Shown: piece after piece, positions 18,767-29,214 of the stretch | How the letters are laid out: every line of letters starts with the position of its first letter | Position numbering within the stretch: the stretch's first letter is position 1 | Sequence record: MT135025.1 | Direction: 5' to 3' (one strand) | DNA length: 64,000 nt | Notes under the pieces: model-generated | The model's database searches: none | The model's input: only the letters and a program-made list of their open reading frames with translations | Told to the model about the DNA's origin: nothing | Program-made: the position numbers and the translations under genes

Positions 18767-21460
18767 ATGCCTTCTTTATTCCTACCGGACGGCGATAGCT
18801 GGAAAGAAGTAAAAGAGTTCCACGTTGAGGACAAGGGCCAATGGAAGGAAGCTTCCATTCGCCTTGTCGAGCACAACGGCAAGTGGCGTGAGACTTTCAA
18901 CAATGAGGGTGTAAAGACCGATAACATTGTTGAAATCCACGAGCTTAAATTTCGCGCGGGTAACAAGGAACAAGGTGACTTACGCATCGAGGGGCAAGGT
19001 TTATCGGACATCATTCCAACAAAGCCTGCCGTTGGTGCAATGTATTCCTTCCGCTCCACCCTGCGGGACTACTTCGATAACTTTGGTAAAGTCGACCAGT
19101 TCGGCACTGAGTTGACTTTGCCTGCGGAGCAGGATGGGATTCCTTGCTACGCAATGGACGCAGCTAAACAACAGTATATGACCGCGAACAACTCAACTCG
19201 CGGTTATTACGACTTCTTGGGTTTAATTGGGTCTAATACTCCTTGGGGACATTGGGAGCTTGGCGGTAAGTTCAAACCATCAACATGGCCTAGCGGTCAA
19301 TACGACTCAATCTGTGTTTACTTTACGGGAACGCAGACGCAGTGTGTGAGCGTAGTCTACAACGGTGCAGGGACATTATTCGGCATTGTGCGTAACGGCT
19401 CGAAGTATACTGTGGTCACGCTTACCAATGCGGTTAAGCTTAACGAGTGGACGGGTTTTTGTTTGCGTCATAAGCAAGGTGGGCAACTCGAGCTGATGTT
19501 GCACGATAAACGCACACATAAAGCTCAACTGACCACAGGTTATTGGAAGCCCGCTCCGCGCATCCCGATTAAAATGGGTAACGGGTTTGCTTTCACCGCT
19601 GAAAAGGTTGCGGACGCTTTCTTCATGCGTAGTAACACACATGCGGATATTGACATTGTTGACAATGGCTTGCGTCTTAACTATACTGGAACTGCGTACC
19701 GAGGGTCTCAACCTTCGCATGAGATGGCTCCAAACACTGGTAAGTATTATATTGAAATCTTCCATGAGACTGCGTTTGACATGCACTACGGTGTTGCTGA
19801 GCCGGGAGCGCGTTTGGACATTGGTGCGGGTGTTGTTGGTTGGTGTGTAAACACAATTAACGGTCGTAAGTTTGACCATCAGACAGGTGGTGGTACAAAC
19901 TGGTCTACTGCAACACCACAAAACAGCACCATTGGGATGTTATACGACTCCGATAAGGGCACACTTGAAATTTACGTTGACGGTGTTAAGCGCCCTAACC
20001 CGTTCTGGGACAATGAGATTACTGTTCCGGTTAAGTTTATTATTTCTGGTCGTGCTAAGGACGCAACAACTCAAATCTTTGCTCCCCGCGTGAACTTAGA
20101 CCCGTCCACTTGGGCGCACAAACCAAATTACACTGATATTAAACCTGTGCCACTTTCGCGCGTTGTTGGTGGTATTGGGCAGCAAGAAACCTTTTTTACA
20201 GGGTATGTCAGCGACTTCTTTATCCGTAGCGCGCCAATGATTAATGATGCGCACATTTATGCGGTTATTGACCCGAAAGCACGCTTTAAGGTTAAATTCA
20301 CCAGTATTGACAAGGGTGATGTTTACGATGCAACCTCAAGCGTTATTATCCAAAAGGGTAATCACTGCATAATGACAGTTCCAAACGTACCTGTTGGCAA
20401 CTACTGGTTAACCGCCGAGAAAGAAGGGCAAGATACCTCAACCAAGAAGTTTTTCACAGTTACGCAGTTTAACCAAACTAACAAAGCGTTAGATATCAAT
20501 ATGGAAAGTTCCTCTATTGAGGAAATCCGTGACGGGTTAATTGTTGCTCATAAGGGTTGGGGTGGCACGAATGGTGGCTGTGTGCAGGACAACGTTCTGC
20601 TAGATATGAAACAGAAAATCATGCGCATTACCGCCTACGGAAACCTATACACTGGACCCGTCAAAGGGGTGGACCGTGTTGGTGTACCGAATGGGTTCAA
20701 CAAGCGGATTGGCGCATGTGTGGCCACACGTGATTATCACGGCCCTGGCTCCTATCGTGTGCTGTGTAAGTTCCCTGAAAAGACTGGTGTATGTTCCGCG
20801 TTTTGGACGTTCCACTATGAAGAGGGGTATCCAGGATCCCGCTTGTTCAATGAGCATAAGGCGGACGGGTTGCATGTTGCAGGTACAGAAGCTGACGGTT
20901 TTTACACTGTTCGAAACCACGAAATTGATATTGAGGTTCCAACAGCCTTAAAGACGGACAAAGACCAAGAGGAAGTGTCCTATCTGAACGCTCGTTTTAA
21001 CACGTGGCACGGTGAGCGACGCAACTGGGCGGTTAAGAATAAGGATGTACCTATACATGACCCAATGTACAGTCCTGTAAATGATCCAGCTTATTGGTCT
21101 GAGTACACGGATGATTTCATTAAGCACGATGTAAATCTAAATGATGGACAATATCACGAGGTGCGGTTTGATTGGCATCTTGACAGCGATCCGCGTGTGG
21201 TGTATTATGTAGATGGTGTGGAAAAGCATACAGTTCGCACTCACGTGCCTAACATTCCTGGGCGTTTTTGGGTTGGTTTATGGTTCCCAAGTGCGTCCAC
21301 ATTGTGGGCGGGTAAGAATGCGGATTGGGTTGTTCAACACATGGATGTTAAGCGTATTCAAATTATACCGTTTGAAAATGAAATTCCCAATGCACGTCAA
21401 ATCACTGAGACGTACCCTTGGGATGTATACCGAGACTTTAAGCACATAATCTATGAGTAA
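18767..21460 (+). CDS. Tail fibre/receptor-binding protein with LamG-like, SPRY-like and GH16 domains
   Basis: SPRY-like TGKYYIEI...TIGMLYDSDKGTLEIYVDG; GH16-like SAFWT...EIDIE (20921-20935), YHEVRFDW, VVYYVDG. Confidence 0.75.
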   Translation: MPSLFLPDGDSWKEVKEFHVEDKGQWKEASIRLVEHNGKWRETFNNEGVKTDNIVEIHELKFRAGNKEQGDLRIEGQGLSDIIPTKPAVGAMYSFRSTLRDYFDNFGKVDQFGTELTLPAEQDGIPCYAMDAAKQQYMTANNSTRGYYDFLGLIGSNTPWGHWELGGKFKPSTWPSGQYDSICVYFTGTQTQCVSVVYNGAGTLFGIVRNGSKYTVVTLTNAVKLNEWTGFCLRHKQGGQLELMLHDKRTHKAQLTTGYWKPAPRIPIKMGNGFAFTAEKVADAFFMRSNTHADIDIVDNGLRLNYTGTAYRGSQPSHEMAPNTGKYYIEIFHETAFDMHYGVAEPGARLDIGAGVVGWCVNTINGRKFDHQTGGGTNWSTATPQNSTIGMLYDSDKGTLEIYVDGVKRPNPFWDNEITVPVKFIISGRAKDATTQIFAPRVNLDPSTWAHKPNYTDIKPVPLSRVVGGIGQQETFFTGYVSDFFIRSAPMINDAHIYAVIDPKARFKVKFTSIDKGDVYDATSSVIIQKGNHCIMTVPNVPVGNYWLTAEKEGQDTSTKKFFTVTQFNQTNKALDINMESSSIEEIRDGLIVAHKGWGGTNGGCVQDNVLLDMKQKIMRITAYGNLYTGPVKGVDRVGVPNGFNKRIGACVATRDYHGPGSYRVLCKFPEKTGVCSAFWTFHYEEGYPGSRLFNEHKADGLHVAGTEADGFYTVRNHEIDIEVPTALKTDKDQEEVSYLNARFNTWHGERRNWAVKNKDVPIHDPMYSPVNDPAYWSEYTDDFIKHDVNLNDGQYHEVRFDWHLDSDPRVVYYVDGVEKHTVRTHVPNIPGRFWVGLWFPSASTLWAGKNADWVVQHMDVKRIQIIPFENEIPNARQITETYPWDVYRDFKHIIYE

Positions 21461-21950
21461 ATTAACCGCAGCACTTCAGGAGAGTTATGCGATTGGCGGA
21501 AACACTGACGAGTATTACGAAACGTTGGAAATCCGCCACCCGTCACTCTCACAAACATTGTACATTGTTCGAGCAATGCACCCAATTGAAGCAACGCTGG
21601 AAGACGGGAACAAGGTTACTTTTAAACCCGTTGGTTTCCGTGTTAAACTTCCAAGCGCTTCAAGTTACGGGAACATCAACTTGGACTTTGTTGTTGATAA
21701 TACAGAAGGTATTGCTATGTCCTATATCCAGGACACTGCAACATCAAACGAAGCACCTAGTGTGACATATCGCCCTTACTTAAAAGGGGACTTGAGTAAG
21801 CCACAAATGGTTCCTCCACTTAAGATGTTTATTAAAACACCGCGAGTGACAGACCAATCCATCTCGCTGCGTGCGAGTTTCTTTGACCTTGCTAACAAAG
21901 ACTTTCCAAATGACGATTACAATAGACAGCGCTTTCCGGGCATCGGCTGA
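21453..21950 (+). CDS. Tail tip protein (DUF1833-like)
   Basis: YYETLEIRHP..LYIVR, TF.PVGF.V.LP, V.YRPYL..DLS.P. Confidence 0.8.
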   Translation: MSKLTAALQESYAIGGNTDEYYETLEIRHPSLSQTLYIVRAMHPIEATLEDGNKVTFKPVGFRVKLPSASSYGNINLDFVVDNTEGIAMSYIQDTATSNEAPSVTYRPYLKGDLSKPQMVPPLKMFIKTPRVTDQSISLRASFFDLANKDFPNDDYNRQRFPGIG

Positions 21951-22365
21951 TGAATTTATCACCCAATGGGTCTTGAGCCGTACAAAATACAGCCCGTTGG
22001 AGTCCACAAAACATGCAAGCGATTGCTATGGTTTTGTTCATTCGTTTTATAAGGAAGTTGCAGGGGTTGAGCTCCCAACACTTAAAGACGAAGATATGTT
22101 AAGTTTGCTTACGCTGAGCAAAGCTTACGACAGGTTGTTACCGTCAAGTTTAGAGAACGGTTGGGAAGAGGTAGCGGAGCCGCAACCGTATGGCATTGTG
22201 GTCATGGGGCGCAATAATCGCGTTTACCATGTGGGGATTTATCACCCTGACGGTGTGGTGTACCATGTAACTAGAAACGAGGGTGTTGTCGGTCGTCCCC
22301 TACGTCTTATTAAGATGGGTTTGGGGTACAGTTACTTCGCTCATTACGTTTACACAGGCAAGTAA
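21871..22365 (+). CDS. Tail tip NlpC/P60 cysteine peptidase (start uncertain)
   Basis: DCYGFV...GVELP, HVGIY, VYH catalytic residues. Confidence 0.8.
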   Translation: MRVSLTLLTKTFQMTITIDSAFRASADEFITQWVLSRTKYSPLESTKHASDCYGFVHSFYKEVAGVELPTLKDEDMLSLLTLSKAYDRLLPSSLENGWEEVAEPQPYGIVVMGRNNRVYHVGIYHPDGVVYHVTRNEGVVGRPLRLIKMGLGYSYFAHYVYTGK

Positions 22366-22366
22366 T

Positions 22367-25300
22367 ATGAATATTGTTATTACCGAGCATAAGGATCACT
22401 TTAAACCCAATGACCACACGGTTACTGAGTTTGTCACTTGTGCTACCACAATCCGCGGAGTGTTACAGGAACGCTTTGAGGGTTTTGTTGAGTTTGACGG
22501 GCCGACGATTGTTGTGCTTGATGGTGTGCCCCGTTTACGTGCGGAATGGGACGACGAGCTTGTTAAGGAGGGGTCACACCTATCCATTGCAGCCGTTCCA
22601 GGCACAGGTATTGAGGTTGTTGTAATGGCTGTTATTGCGGTGGCTGCTGCTGCGTATGCTGTATATGCGGTGAACAACCTGCCCGATACTAATACGGTTG
22701 AGCGACCAAAATCTAAACCTGTGTACACACTTGAGGGGGAGTCTAACATTGCTAAGTTAGGTCAGCCAATCGAGGTCCCATACGGTCGTAACCGTTGGTG
22801 GCCTGCATACGCTTCTCGTCCGTTTACACGTTTCCAGGACGACAACCAATTCTTGTATCAGTTGTTCTGTTTGGGACAGGGTAGTTACGACAATGTGGAA
22901 GTGCGTATCGAGGACACGCTGATTAACAACTTCCAAGAGGTGCAATGGGAGCTATACCCTCCAGGCACAGCGGCGAGTATGTTCCCAGACAGTGTGGTCA
23001 CATCTAATGAAACTGCGGGGTTGGAGTTATTCGGTACGAACGAGAGCCAGCACAAGACCTATGGTCCGTTCATTGTTAACCCACCTAACACCAAGACCAA
23101 CCGCATCGAGATTGACGTAGTAATGCCTGAGGGTATGTACTACATGAAAGACGATGGTGGTTTGGAATACCGCGAAGCTCGTGTTATCTTTGAAGTGCAA
23201 ATAATTGACGACCAAGGGAACCCGACAGGCCAGTGGACAAAGATTGCAGATAGAACATACCGCTATCGCACAACGGAAGCAATTCGCAGAACAATTGCCG
23301 TAACGGTTGCGTCTGCGCGTTACCAAATTCGCGGTCGACGCGCTAACAGTGCGGATACAAGCTACCGTTCTGGTAATAAAATCACTTGGGAGGGTACACG
23401 CGCCGTATTACCTTCCACTAAATTGTACGGTAACGTGACACTATTAGCTGTCGCAATTCGTGCAACCAACAACTTAAACAGCGGGAGTTCTAACCGCATT
23501 AATGTAACAGCAACGCGAAAAATCCCTGTGTTTGAGGGTGGTAAATGGGTTACTAAGGCATCGCGATCCGTTGTATGGGCTGCTGTGGATGTGCTTCGCA
23601 ATAGTGAGTATGGGGGTCAAATCCCGCAACAGTACATTGACATGGATAAACTCAAGTTGCTGGACACTGAATTAACGTCCCGTAACATTTTCTTTGACTA
23701 TATTTTCACGCAAAAGACCAAGGTTTGGTCCGCGCTAAAGTTAATCCTAAAGGTGGCACGTGCGGAGCCAATTGTCATGCTACCACTCATTTCAGCGTTC
23801 CGGTATGAGAAGAAAAGCATCCCTGCGGCTGTCTTCACACCGGATAACATTGAAGAGGGGTCATTTGAGTGGTTGGTAAACTACCCCGACCCACTTGATT
23901 ACGATGGGTTGCGTGTTACATACGTTGACCACACTAAGTGGAAAGAAGACGTTGTGGACTGCATACCTCCTGGCTCTGATGGTAAGCGGTTGAAAGCTGT
24001 TGAGCTGTTTGGTTGTGCAGACCGTAACAACGCTTATCACGAAGGGATGTACATGGCAATGACCCAACGCAAGGTTCGTGAGACTGTCAAGTTTAAAACA
24101 GGGCGCGAAGGTTTTATCCCCGTCCGCGGGGACATGGTTGCATTGAGCTATCCTATTCCTAAGTGGGGTGATCACGCATGGGTAACTGAAATTGCGGACG
24201 ATAAGAAAACCATCACATTTGACAGGAATTTAGATTGGGGTAGCGGACAGCACGTCCTGTTATTGCGCTTGGACAACGGGCAGGGTAACGGACCGCATAA
24301 TGTGGTCAAAGGATCAACCCCTAACGTTGCGGTACTAGCTGAACCATTGCCAAACATTAGCTTCTCCACAAAAATTGGACGCGAGCCTGTGTACGCATTG
24401 TTTGGCAAGGCGGGTGAGTTTGCTCGTTACTTGCGCGTGGAAAATACCGTTGCGGACGCTAACGACACGGTTGCAATTACGTGCAGTAATTACGTATCGG
24501 ACTTGGATCAGTTTGATAATGCAACCGCTCCAGCAAGCACCTCAGACGTAACTGTACCAACTGTGCCGGACTTGCCTAATATTCCGTATGTAACGGTGAG
24601 TAAGATTCCAGGCGATTACAGTCGAGTGAATGTGTATTGGGGTTCTGCGTTAGGGGCGAAAAGTTACAACATACAAGTGTCCTATGATGGGGGAACAACA
24701 TACCGTCACGTTGCAAGTACGGACGCAACCAACTATACACTAATCCTAGAGCGTAGCGGTACAATTCACGTTCGTGTTAGTGCTGTGAACGTTGGTGCGG
24801 GCCCTTGGAAGGTGTGGACGGGTCAGGTTGGTGAGGCAACTAACAAACCGTTCCCAGTATCCGGTCTTGCACTAGCGTTCCCGTTTGTTGGTAAAACAAT
24901 TGCGCTTCAATGGAACCGTGCAATTGATGCGAACGACTACGTTATTGAGGTGTACGGTCTACCTAACGACAACCTCTTAACAACTCGATATAGTAGTGGT
25001 GTATCGCTTAACATTACACTATCCGAAGCTATTGCTGGCAACTATGTGTCACGTGCTTACCGTTTCCGAGTTTACGGTCGCAACTCGAAGGGTTGGAGTG
25101 AAACTGCTGCGAGCGTGGATGTTGCTAACCCTGCACCTCGTAAGTTAGCGTTACCAACATCTGTTCAAATCGCAGAGACCTCGACAACAGCGACGTTCCG
25201 CGTTACGTGGGAGCAGCTACCGGACGACGACATTGTTGCCTACCGTGTATGGGGCTCTCAAACTGACGGGTTTACACCAAGCGATTCGAACAAGTTCATG

Positions 25301-25441
25301 GATGTTCTTGGTGGTAGCGGTGACATTACGGTACAGAAGAAATCGGGTGCGATACCAATTACATATGGTCGTATTGCTGCAATTGACGCATGGGGTAGCG
25401 ATCACAACCTTAGCGATCAGTTTGTTGCAACGCAACCGTAA
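22367..25441 (+). CDS. Central tail fibre / tail tip hub (lambda J-like) with FN3 repeats
   Basis: GQPIEVPYG, LFCLGQG, RGDMVALS, C-terminal FN3-like repeats. Confidence 0.88.
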   Translation: MNIVITEHKDHFKPNDHTVTEFVTCATTIRGVLQERFEGFVEFDGPTIVVLDGVPRLRAEWDDELVKEGSHLSIAAVPGTGIEVVVMAVIAVAAAAYAVYAVNNLPDTNTVERPKSKPVYTLEGESNIAKLGQPIEVPYGRNRWWPAYASRPFTRFQDDNQFLYQLFCLGQGSYDNVEVRIEDTLINNFQEVQWELYPPGTAASMFPDSVVTSNETAGLELFGTNESQHKTYGPFIVNPPNTKTNRIEIDVVMPEGMYYMKDDGGLEYREARVIFEVQIIDDQGNPTGQWTKIADRTYRYRTTEAIRRTIAVTVASARYQIRGRRANSADTSYRSGNKITWEGTRAVLPSTKLYGNVTLLAVAIRATNNLNSGSSNRINVTATRKIPVFEGGKWVTKASRSVVWAAVDVLRNSEYGGQIPQQYIDMDKLKLLDTELTSRNIFFDYIFTQKTKVWSALKLILKVARAEPIVMLPLISAFRYEKKSIPAAVFTPDNIEEGSFEWLVNYPDPLDYDGLRVTYVDHTKWKEDVVDCIPPGSDGKRLKAVELFGCADRNNAYHEGMYMAMTQRKVRETVKFKTGREGFIPVRGDMVALSYPIPKWGDHAWVTEIADDKKTITFDRNLDWGSGQHVLLLRLDNGQGNGPHNVVKGSTPNVAVLAEPLPNISFSTKIGREPVYALFGKAGEFARYLRVENTVADANDTVAITCSNYVSDLDQFDNATAPASTSDVTVPTVPDLPNIPYVTVSKIPGDYSRVNVYWGSALGAKSYNIQVSYDGGTTYRHVASTDATNYTLILERSGTIHVRVSAVNVGAGPWKVWTGQVGEATNKPFPVSGLALAFPFVGKTIALQWNRAIDANDYVIEVYGLPNDNLLTTRYSSGVSLNITLSEAIAGNYVSRAYRFRVYGRNSKGWSETAASVDVANPAPRKLALPTSVQIAETSTTATFRVTWEQLPDDDIVAYRVWGSQTDGFTPSDSNKFMDVLGGSGDITVQKKSGAIPITYGRIAAIDAWGSDHNLSDQFVATQP

Positions 25442-25463
25442 TTTATAGCTTTTACGGGCATTC

Positions 25464-25496
25464 AAAAGGGGGTACGCGCTGCGTTACCCCCTTTTC
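25464..25496. terminator. Bidirectional terminator between the convergent gene blocks
   Basis: AAAAGGGGGTA-N10-TACCCCCTTTT. Confidence 0.8.
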
Positions 25497-25539
25497 TTTA
25501 CCATTGTATTGGCTGCGCGTTAAAAGCGCTTACAGCCGC

Positions 25540-25845
25540 TTATGCGTAAGGTGGTTCCCAATAACCATAAGCCCAGTAACCCATTCTATTTCCGCAAAGC
25601 TTACAACTTATTTCAGTTTCACATGGTGTGTAGTCCAAACGGTCAACAACTGTTTCCTTGTGATCGTTCCAATGCCAACTGTCGCACTGAGTGCAGCGAA
25701 GTGGCTCACCGTTCATTGTAAAGTACCCACACCAAACAGCATAACGCCAACGCCACCAGTTAATGCGGTGAGTTATACGCTGCTTCAGCGTCGTTTTAAT
25801 CTCTAGCGGATAATTGTGGGGTATCATTTCTAACTCCAAAGACAA
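25540..25845 (-). CDS. Hypothetical protein with two CxxC motifs
   Basis: CTQC and CKLC, ending YWAYGYW. Confidence 0.55.
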   Translation of the reverse strand: MSLELEMIPHNYPLEIKTTLKQRITHRINWWRWRYAVWCGYFTMNGEPLRCTQCDSWHWNDHKETVVDRLDYTPCETEISCKLCGNRMGYWAYGYWEPPYA

Positions 25846-26161
25846 CTAGTAGCATAAAGTCCATTTGGCGCTGTGCTGCAACGTCAACCCCGCAGCGAAT
25901 GCCTACCGCAGCTGAACAGTATTGCTTTGTGACCACATGTGCGGTAAACGGCACGCCGAACATTGTACCCGTTATGTGACCGTCCTCCAAGTTGGTCCAC
26001 GTGCCTGTAACCTCGAGGTGCGTTTCAATCTGTGCGGGTGCTTGTTCCATAATACCAAAGAACGAGCGATACTCTTCATTAATGGTTAACTGACGTGAAC
26101 CCGTTTTGACTTCCTTACCGTCTAAGTACAGCTTAATTCCCACTGGCTTCATTGCGAGCAC
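25796..26161 (-). CDS. Hypothetical protein
   Basis: Overlapping chain of minus-strand ORFs. Confidence 0.45.
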   Translation of the reverse strand: MLAMKPVGIKLYLDGKEVKTGSRQLTINEEYRSFFGIMEQAPAQIETHLEVTGTWTNLEDGHITGTMFGVPFTAHVVTKQYCSAAVGIRCGVDVAAQRQMDFMLLVVFGVRNDTPQLSARD

Positions 26162-26432
26162 CCTCTCTCATTGCAAAATCGTTAACAAAGGCTTCACGTA
26201 ACATCTTGGAGTTGTGTTTGTCTGCCATACCCCAAACCAAGAAGAAGTCAATGAAGAACCCAATACCCAAGAACCCTAGTGTAATCATGTACAACAGGTT
26301 GAACACTGTAACCCCTTTGACATAAAAGCGGTGTGCACCAAGTAAACCGAACAACAGGTACAGGAACACACAAGCACCGGATGATTTTACTTTAGCTTGT
26401 GCAATTGTAGTATTAATAAATGGACTAGTCAT
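26133..26432 (-). CDS. TM2-domain membrane protein
   Basis: FGLLGAHRFY...TLGFLGIG..ID TM2 signature. Confidence 0.85.
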   Translation of the reverse strand: MTSPFINTTIAQAKVKSSGACVFLYLLFGLLGAHRFYVKGVTVFNLLYMITLGFLGIGFFIDFFLVWGMADKHNSKMLREAFVNDFAMREGARNEASGN

Positions 26433-26955
26433 TTTGATCTTCCTTCATAGCTTCAATGAACATGTGAGTTGCTTGTGGTAAGCAAGACGTGCGAGTTGGT
26501 CGTTTAATTGGTTTACGGTTCTGTTTGCGGCGCTGTGCTTTGCGAGAGTCGAGCGTTTCACGGTCACGCTGCTCGAGTTTAGCTCGCGCTTGCTTTTTGC
26601 TGTGGTACTTAGCTTCCGCAATTGCGCCCGCTGCACAGTGTATTTCGTTATACTCAGTTAAACCGATAATTCGTTTGGTCTCCAAGAACACGTTGAAGAT
26701 GGTTGGGTACGCGGAGTATGTGGTCAGTGTTTCGCGGTCTCCTACCATCCACTTGAAGTTGTACATGTTACCCTTTAAGAACTTAGCAATGCACACGTAT
26801 GTTCCGCGGTCATTAGGTGCTTCGTCACCTGTGCGAGCGTACACGCGCACGTGTTCCCAATTCGCGTCACCTGTGCTGTTGCGGCGTGGGTGTAAACCCA
26901 TTTGTTTCATTGCTTCAATAAATTGTGAAATTACCATTTTGTGAACCTTATACAA
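26425..26955 (-). CDS. Hypothetical protein with a basic C-terminus
   Basis: ORF directly after a promoter and RBS. Confidence 0.55.
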   Translation of the reverse strand: MYKVHKMVISQFIEAMKQMGLHPRRNSTGDANWEHVRVYARTGDEAPNDRGTYVCIAKFLKGNMYNFKWMVGDRETLTTYSAYPTIFNVFLETKRIIGLTEYNEIHCAAGAIAEAKYHSKKQARAKLEQRDRETLDSRKAQRRKQNRKPIKRPTRTSCLPQATHMFIEAMKEDQND

Positions 26956-26975
26956 AAACCCCTGTTACAGAACTA

Positions 26976-27009
26976 ACTATAACAGGGGTTAACTATTTAA
27001 ACTAGACTA
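26976..27009 (-). promoter_or_regulatory. TAGTCTAG-N20-TATAGT promoter/terminator module
   Basis: -10 box lies in the loop of AACCCCTGT/ACAGGGGTT, followed by a T-run. Confidence 0.7.
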
Positions 27010-29214
27010 TTCGGCGCTAGGGTGTCCAATATCTTTTAGGATACGCTTCGCTTCGTTAACATACCAATCCATGTCCAGGTTTTCAGGTAACTCGTCCAGC
27101 ATTGTCATCATTGGGTATGCACCTTCGGTCTTTGGAACCTTGCTACCCTTTTCAGCTTGCAGGATAACCGTCTTTGAGTTTTCCGGCGGTTTCCCGTAGT
27201 ACCAACGAATTGCACCGCCAAGGTAGTCATACTCAACAGGGTTCCATTTGCAAGCTTCAAACGCTTGGTCCATTCGAACAGCGTTCTTATCCGGTCGCTC
27301 CTCGTCCTTGTGCACCCATAAAGTTCCAACATACGGGATGTAACCGCATTTGCGAATGTGCTCCTCCATTTGGTCTTTGTTAGGGTTTTGGAAGTCTGTC
27401 TTGTACATGCACCAAACAGAACCCCCTGTAACCTTACGCACCGAGCTAAACATAAACGGGTCTTTACACGCGCTAATAGTTTGCTCAATAGGTGTGCCGT
27501 GTGCAACGTATGCCTTAACAGCCTCGGCACAGATCGGTGTAGTAGGGTTCTTGGATAGTCCAGGCTTGGCGTAAATACCCTTCGCCTTTACGTCCGTCTT
27601 CATTTTGCCGGTTTTCTTGTCCTCGTAAGGCATCTTGACCGCGAAATAGTTGTTTACGTCCTTACTACACAGTGCAGCATAGTAAGTCGCTTCCAACTCG
27701 AACGCTGTAACACGCTGCCACCACTCAAGGATCTGCTCACGTAGCTCAAACTTAGATTTGTGGCACTTGATTACAATACCATCCGTGTTCGCGGACACAA
27801 CTTGAATCCCGTTCAGCTCAAAGGTTTCAATCAGCAATAGTAGTGACAACTGACCTGTAAGTGTTACATGGATAAGCAAGTCTGGTGAGTAGAACAGTGA
27901 GTATTGCGAACCCAATTTACCAAACGTACCGTTGATAACGATTTTAAGTGATTGCGCTGTTTTGCTGTCACCGTTGTGTTTAGCTTCCAGACGTGTTTCA
28001 ACAATGTTATCAAACACAGCTAGGAACGGACGTCCCAAGTGCTGCGGGTAATAGTTGTTGTTCAGCATTATGCGCGGGTAATAGGACGCTACATCGTGGT
28101 CACTTAATTGGTAGTTCTCATCACTGATGTGTGTAGCTTTCTTTTCGGTACTGTGTAGACCACCAATGCCCAACTTGTACGACATCTCACCGATGGTGAC
28201 TTTCAACCCTTTAAGCTGAGCAGGCGTTTCAATACCCCCTTTGTAACTGACCACATATAGACAGTTCTTAACTACCTCCAATGTTTGTTTCATTAGTGGT
28301 GTTTGGAACTGCAAGAACGCCGGTGCATTGTAGCGGTAAACAGTTCCTGGCTCAATGGTTGGTTTCTGCGGTCGCTTACCCGTTAAGCGTTCCAACTCGT
28401 GCGCAATTACCGCTTCAGCAATCTGTGCATCAGACTTACTACGCAAGTCCACACCGTATTGCTCGCTCATGTCCTCACGCAACTTCATCTCGTCCTGAAT
28501 CTTGCTCATTACGGTTGCAGTTGCGTCCAAGTCGTTTGCCCAGTAGTAGCGCGTTACAACAATTTGATCCGGTGTTAACTCAACGTCGTGTTCGTACGGC
28601 AAGTCCTGCATACGCTTGCCACCGGAACGACCGTTGTAAATCTTCAAGCTACCAAAGTTTGGAGCAACTTCCATAATATCAATATGGTTTGCTTCAATTT
28701 TCTTTAGACGTAGCTTGCGCAATACTTGCCAACCGCGATAGTTTTCTTGGATCATCATGTTGGTTGCAGCTTTCATCTGCGCACACGATTTACCCGCAAT
28801 TGCCATCGCAGCTAGGGTCATATCAAACTCCATTGAGTTAAACCCTACAAAGTGCATATTACGTACAAACCAATCCAACATTGGCAAGGGTAGGTTCCAA
28901 TCGCTGTCACCGTAATCAGTAGCCGTCTTTTCCCAATAAATAATCTTGCCAGTGTTCTCATTACGGAAACCAATCAAACACCAGTTAATGTAAGACTCAA
29001 TATCGAATGTGAACAGGTGTTTTTGCTGCCACGCTTCAATTACTTCGTCCTCGGTCATGATTGAGATGCCCGTCATGTTTACCGCATCGTCATAGTACGG
29101 TAGGTGTGACGAACACTTCCATGTTGCAGGTGGGAGGTTGAAAATCTCCTCCTCCTTTTTCTTTTTGAAGGTTGGCATATCCTGCCAGAACAAACCTAGC
29201 GCATCAGCACGCAT
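27007..29214 (-). CDS. DNA polymerase, family B-like
   Basis: FDIE exonuclease motif, DVASYYP, KIVINGTFGK, NTDG, VKAKG. Confidence 0.9.
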   Translation of the reverse strand: MRADALGLFWQDMPTFKKKKEEEIFNLPPATWKCSSHLPYYDDAVNMTGISIMTEDEVIEAWQQKHLFTFDIESYINWCLIGFRNENTGKIIYWEKTATDYGDSDWNLPLPMLDWFVRNMHFVGFNSMEFDMTLAAMAIAGKSCAQMKAATNMMIQENYRGWQVLRKLRLKKIEANHIDIMEVAPNFGSLKIYNGRSGGKRMQDLPYEHDVELTPDQIVVTRYYWANDLDATATVMSKIQDEMKLREDMSEQYGVDLRSKSDAQIAEAVIAHELERLTGKRPQKPTIEPGTVYRYNAPAFLQFQTPLMKQTLEVVKNCLYVVSYKGGIETPAQLKGLKVTIGEMSYKLGIGGLHSTEKKATHISDENYQLSDHDVASYYPRIMLNNNYYPQHLGRPFLAVFDNIVETRLEAKHNGDSKTAQSLKIVINGTFGKLGSQYSLFYSPDLLIHVTLTGQLSLLLLIETFELNGIQVVSANTDGIVIKCHKSKFELREQILEWWQRVTAFELEATYYAALCSKDVNNYFAVKMPYEDKKTGKMKTDVKAKGIYAKPGLSKNPTTPICAEAVKAYVAHGTPIEQTISACKDPFMFSSVRKVTGGSVWCMYKTDFQNPNKDQMEEHIRKCGYIPYVGTLWVHKDEERPDKNAVRMDQAFEACKWNPVEYDYLGGAIRWYYGKPPENSKTVILQAEKGSKVPKTEGAYPMMTMLDELPENLDMDWYVNEAKRILKDIGHPSAE

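Noticed and set aside
19376-19921. 181-aa minus-strand ORF inside the fibre gene
   Set aside because: No RBS or motif; opposite a well-supported gene
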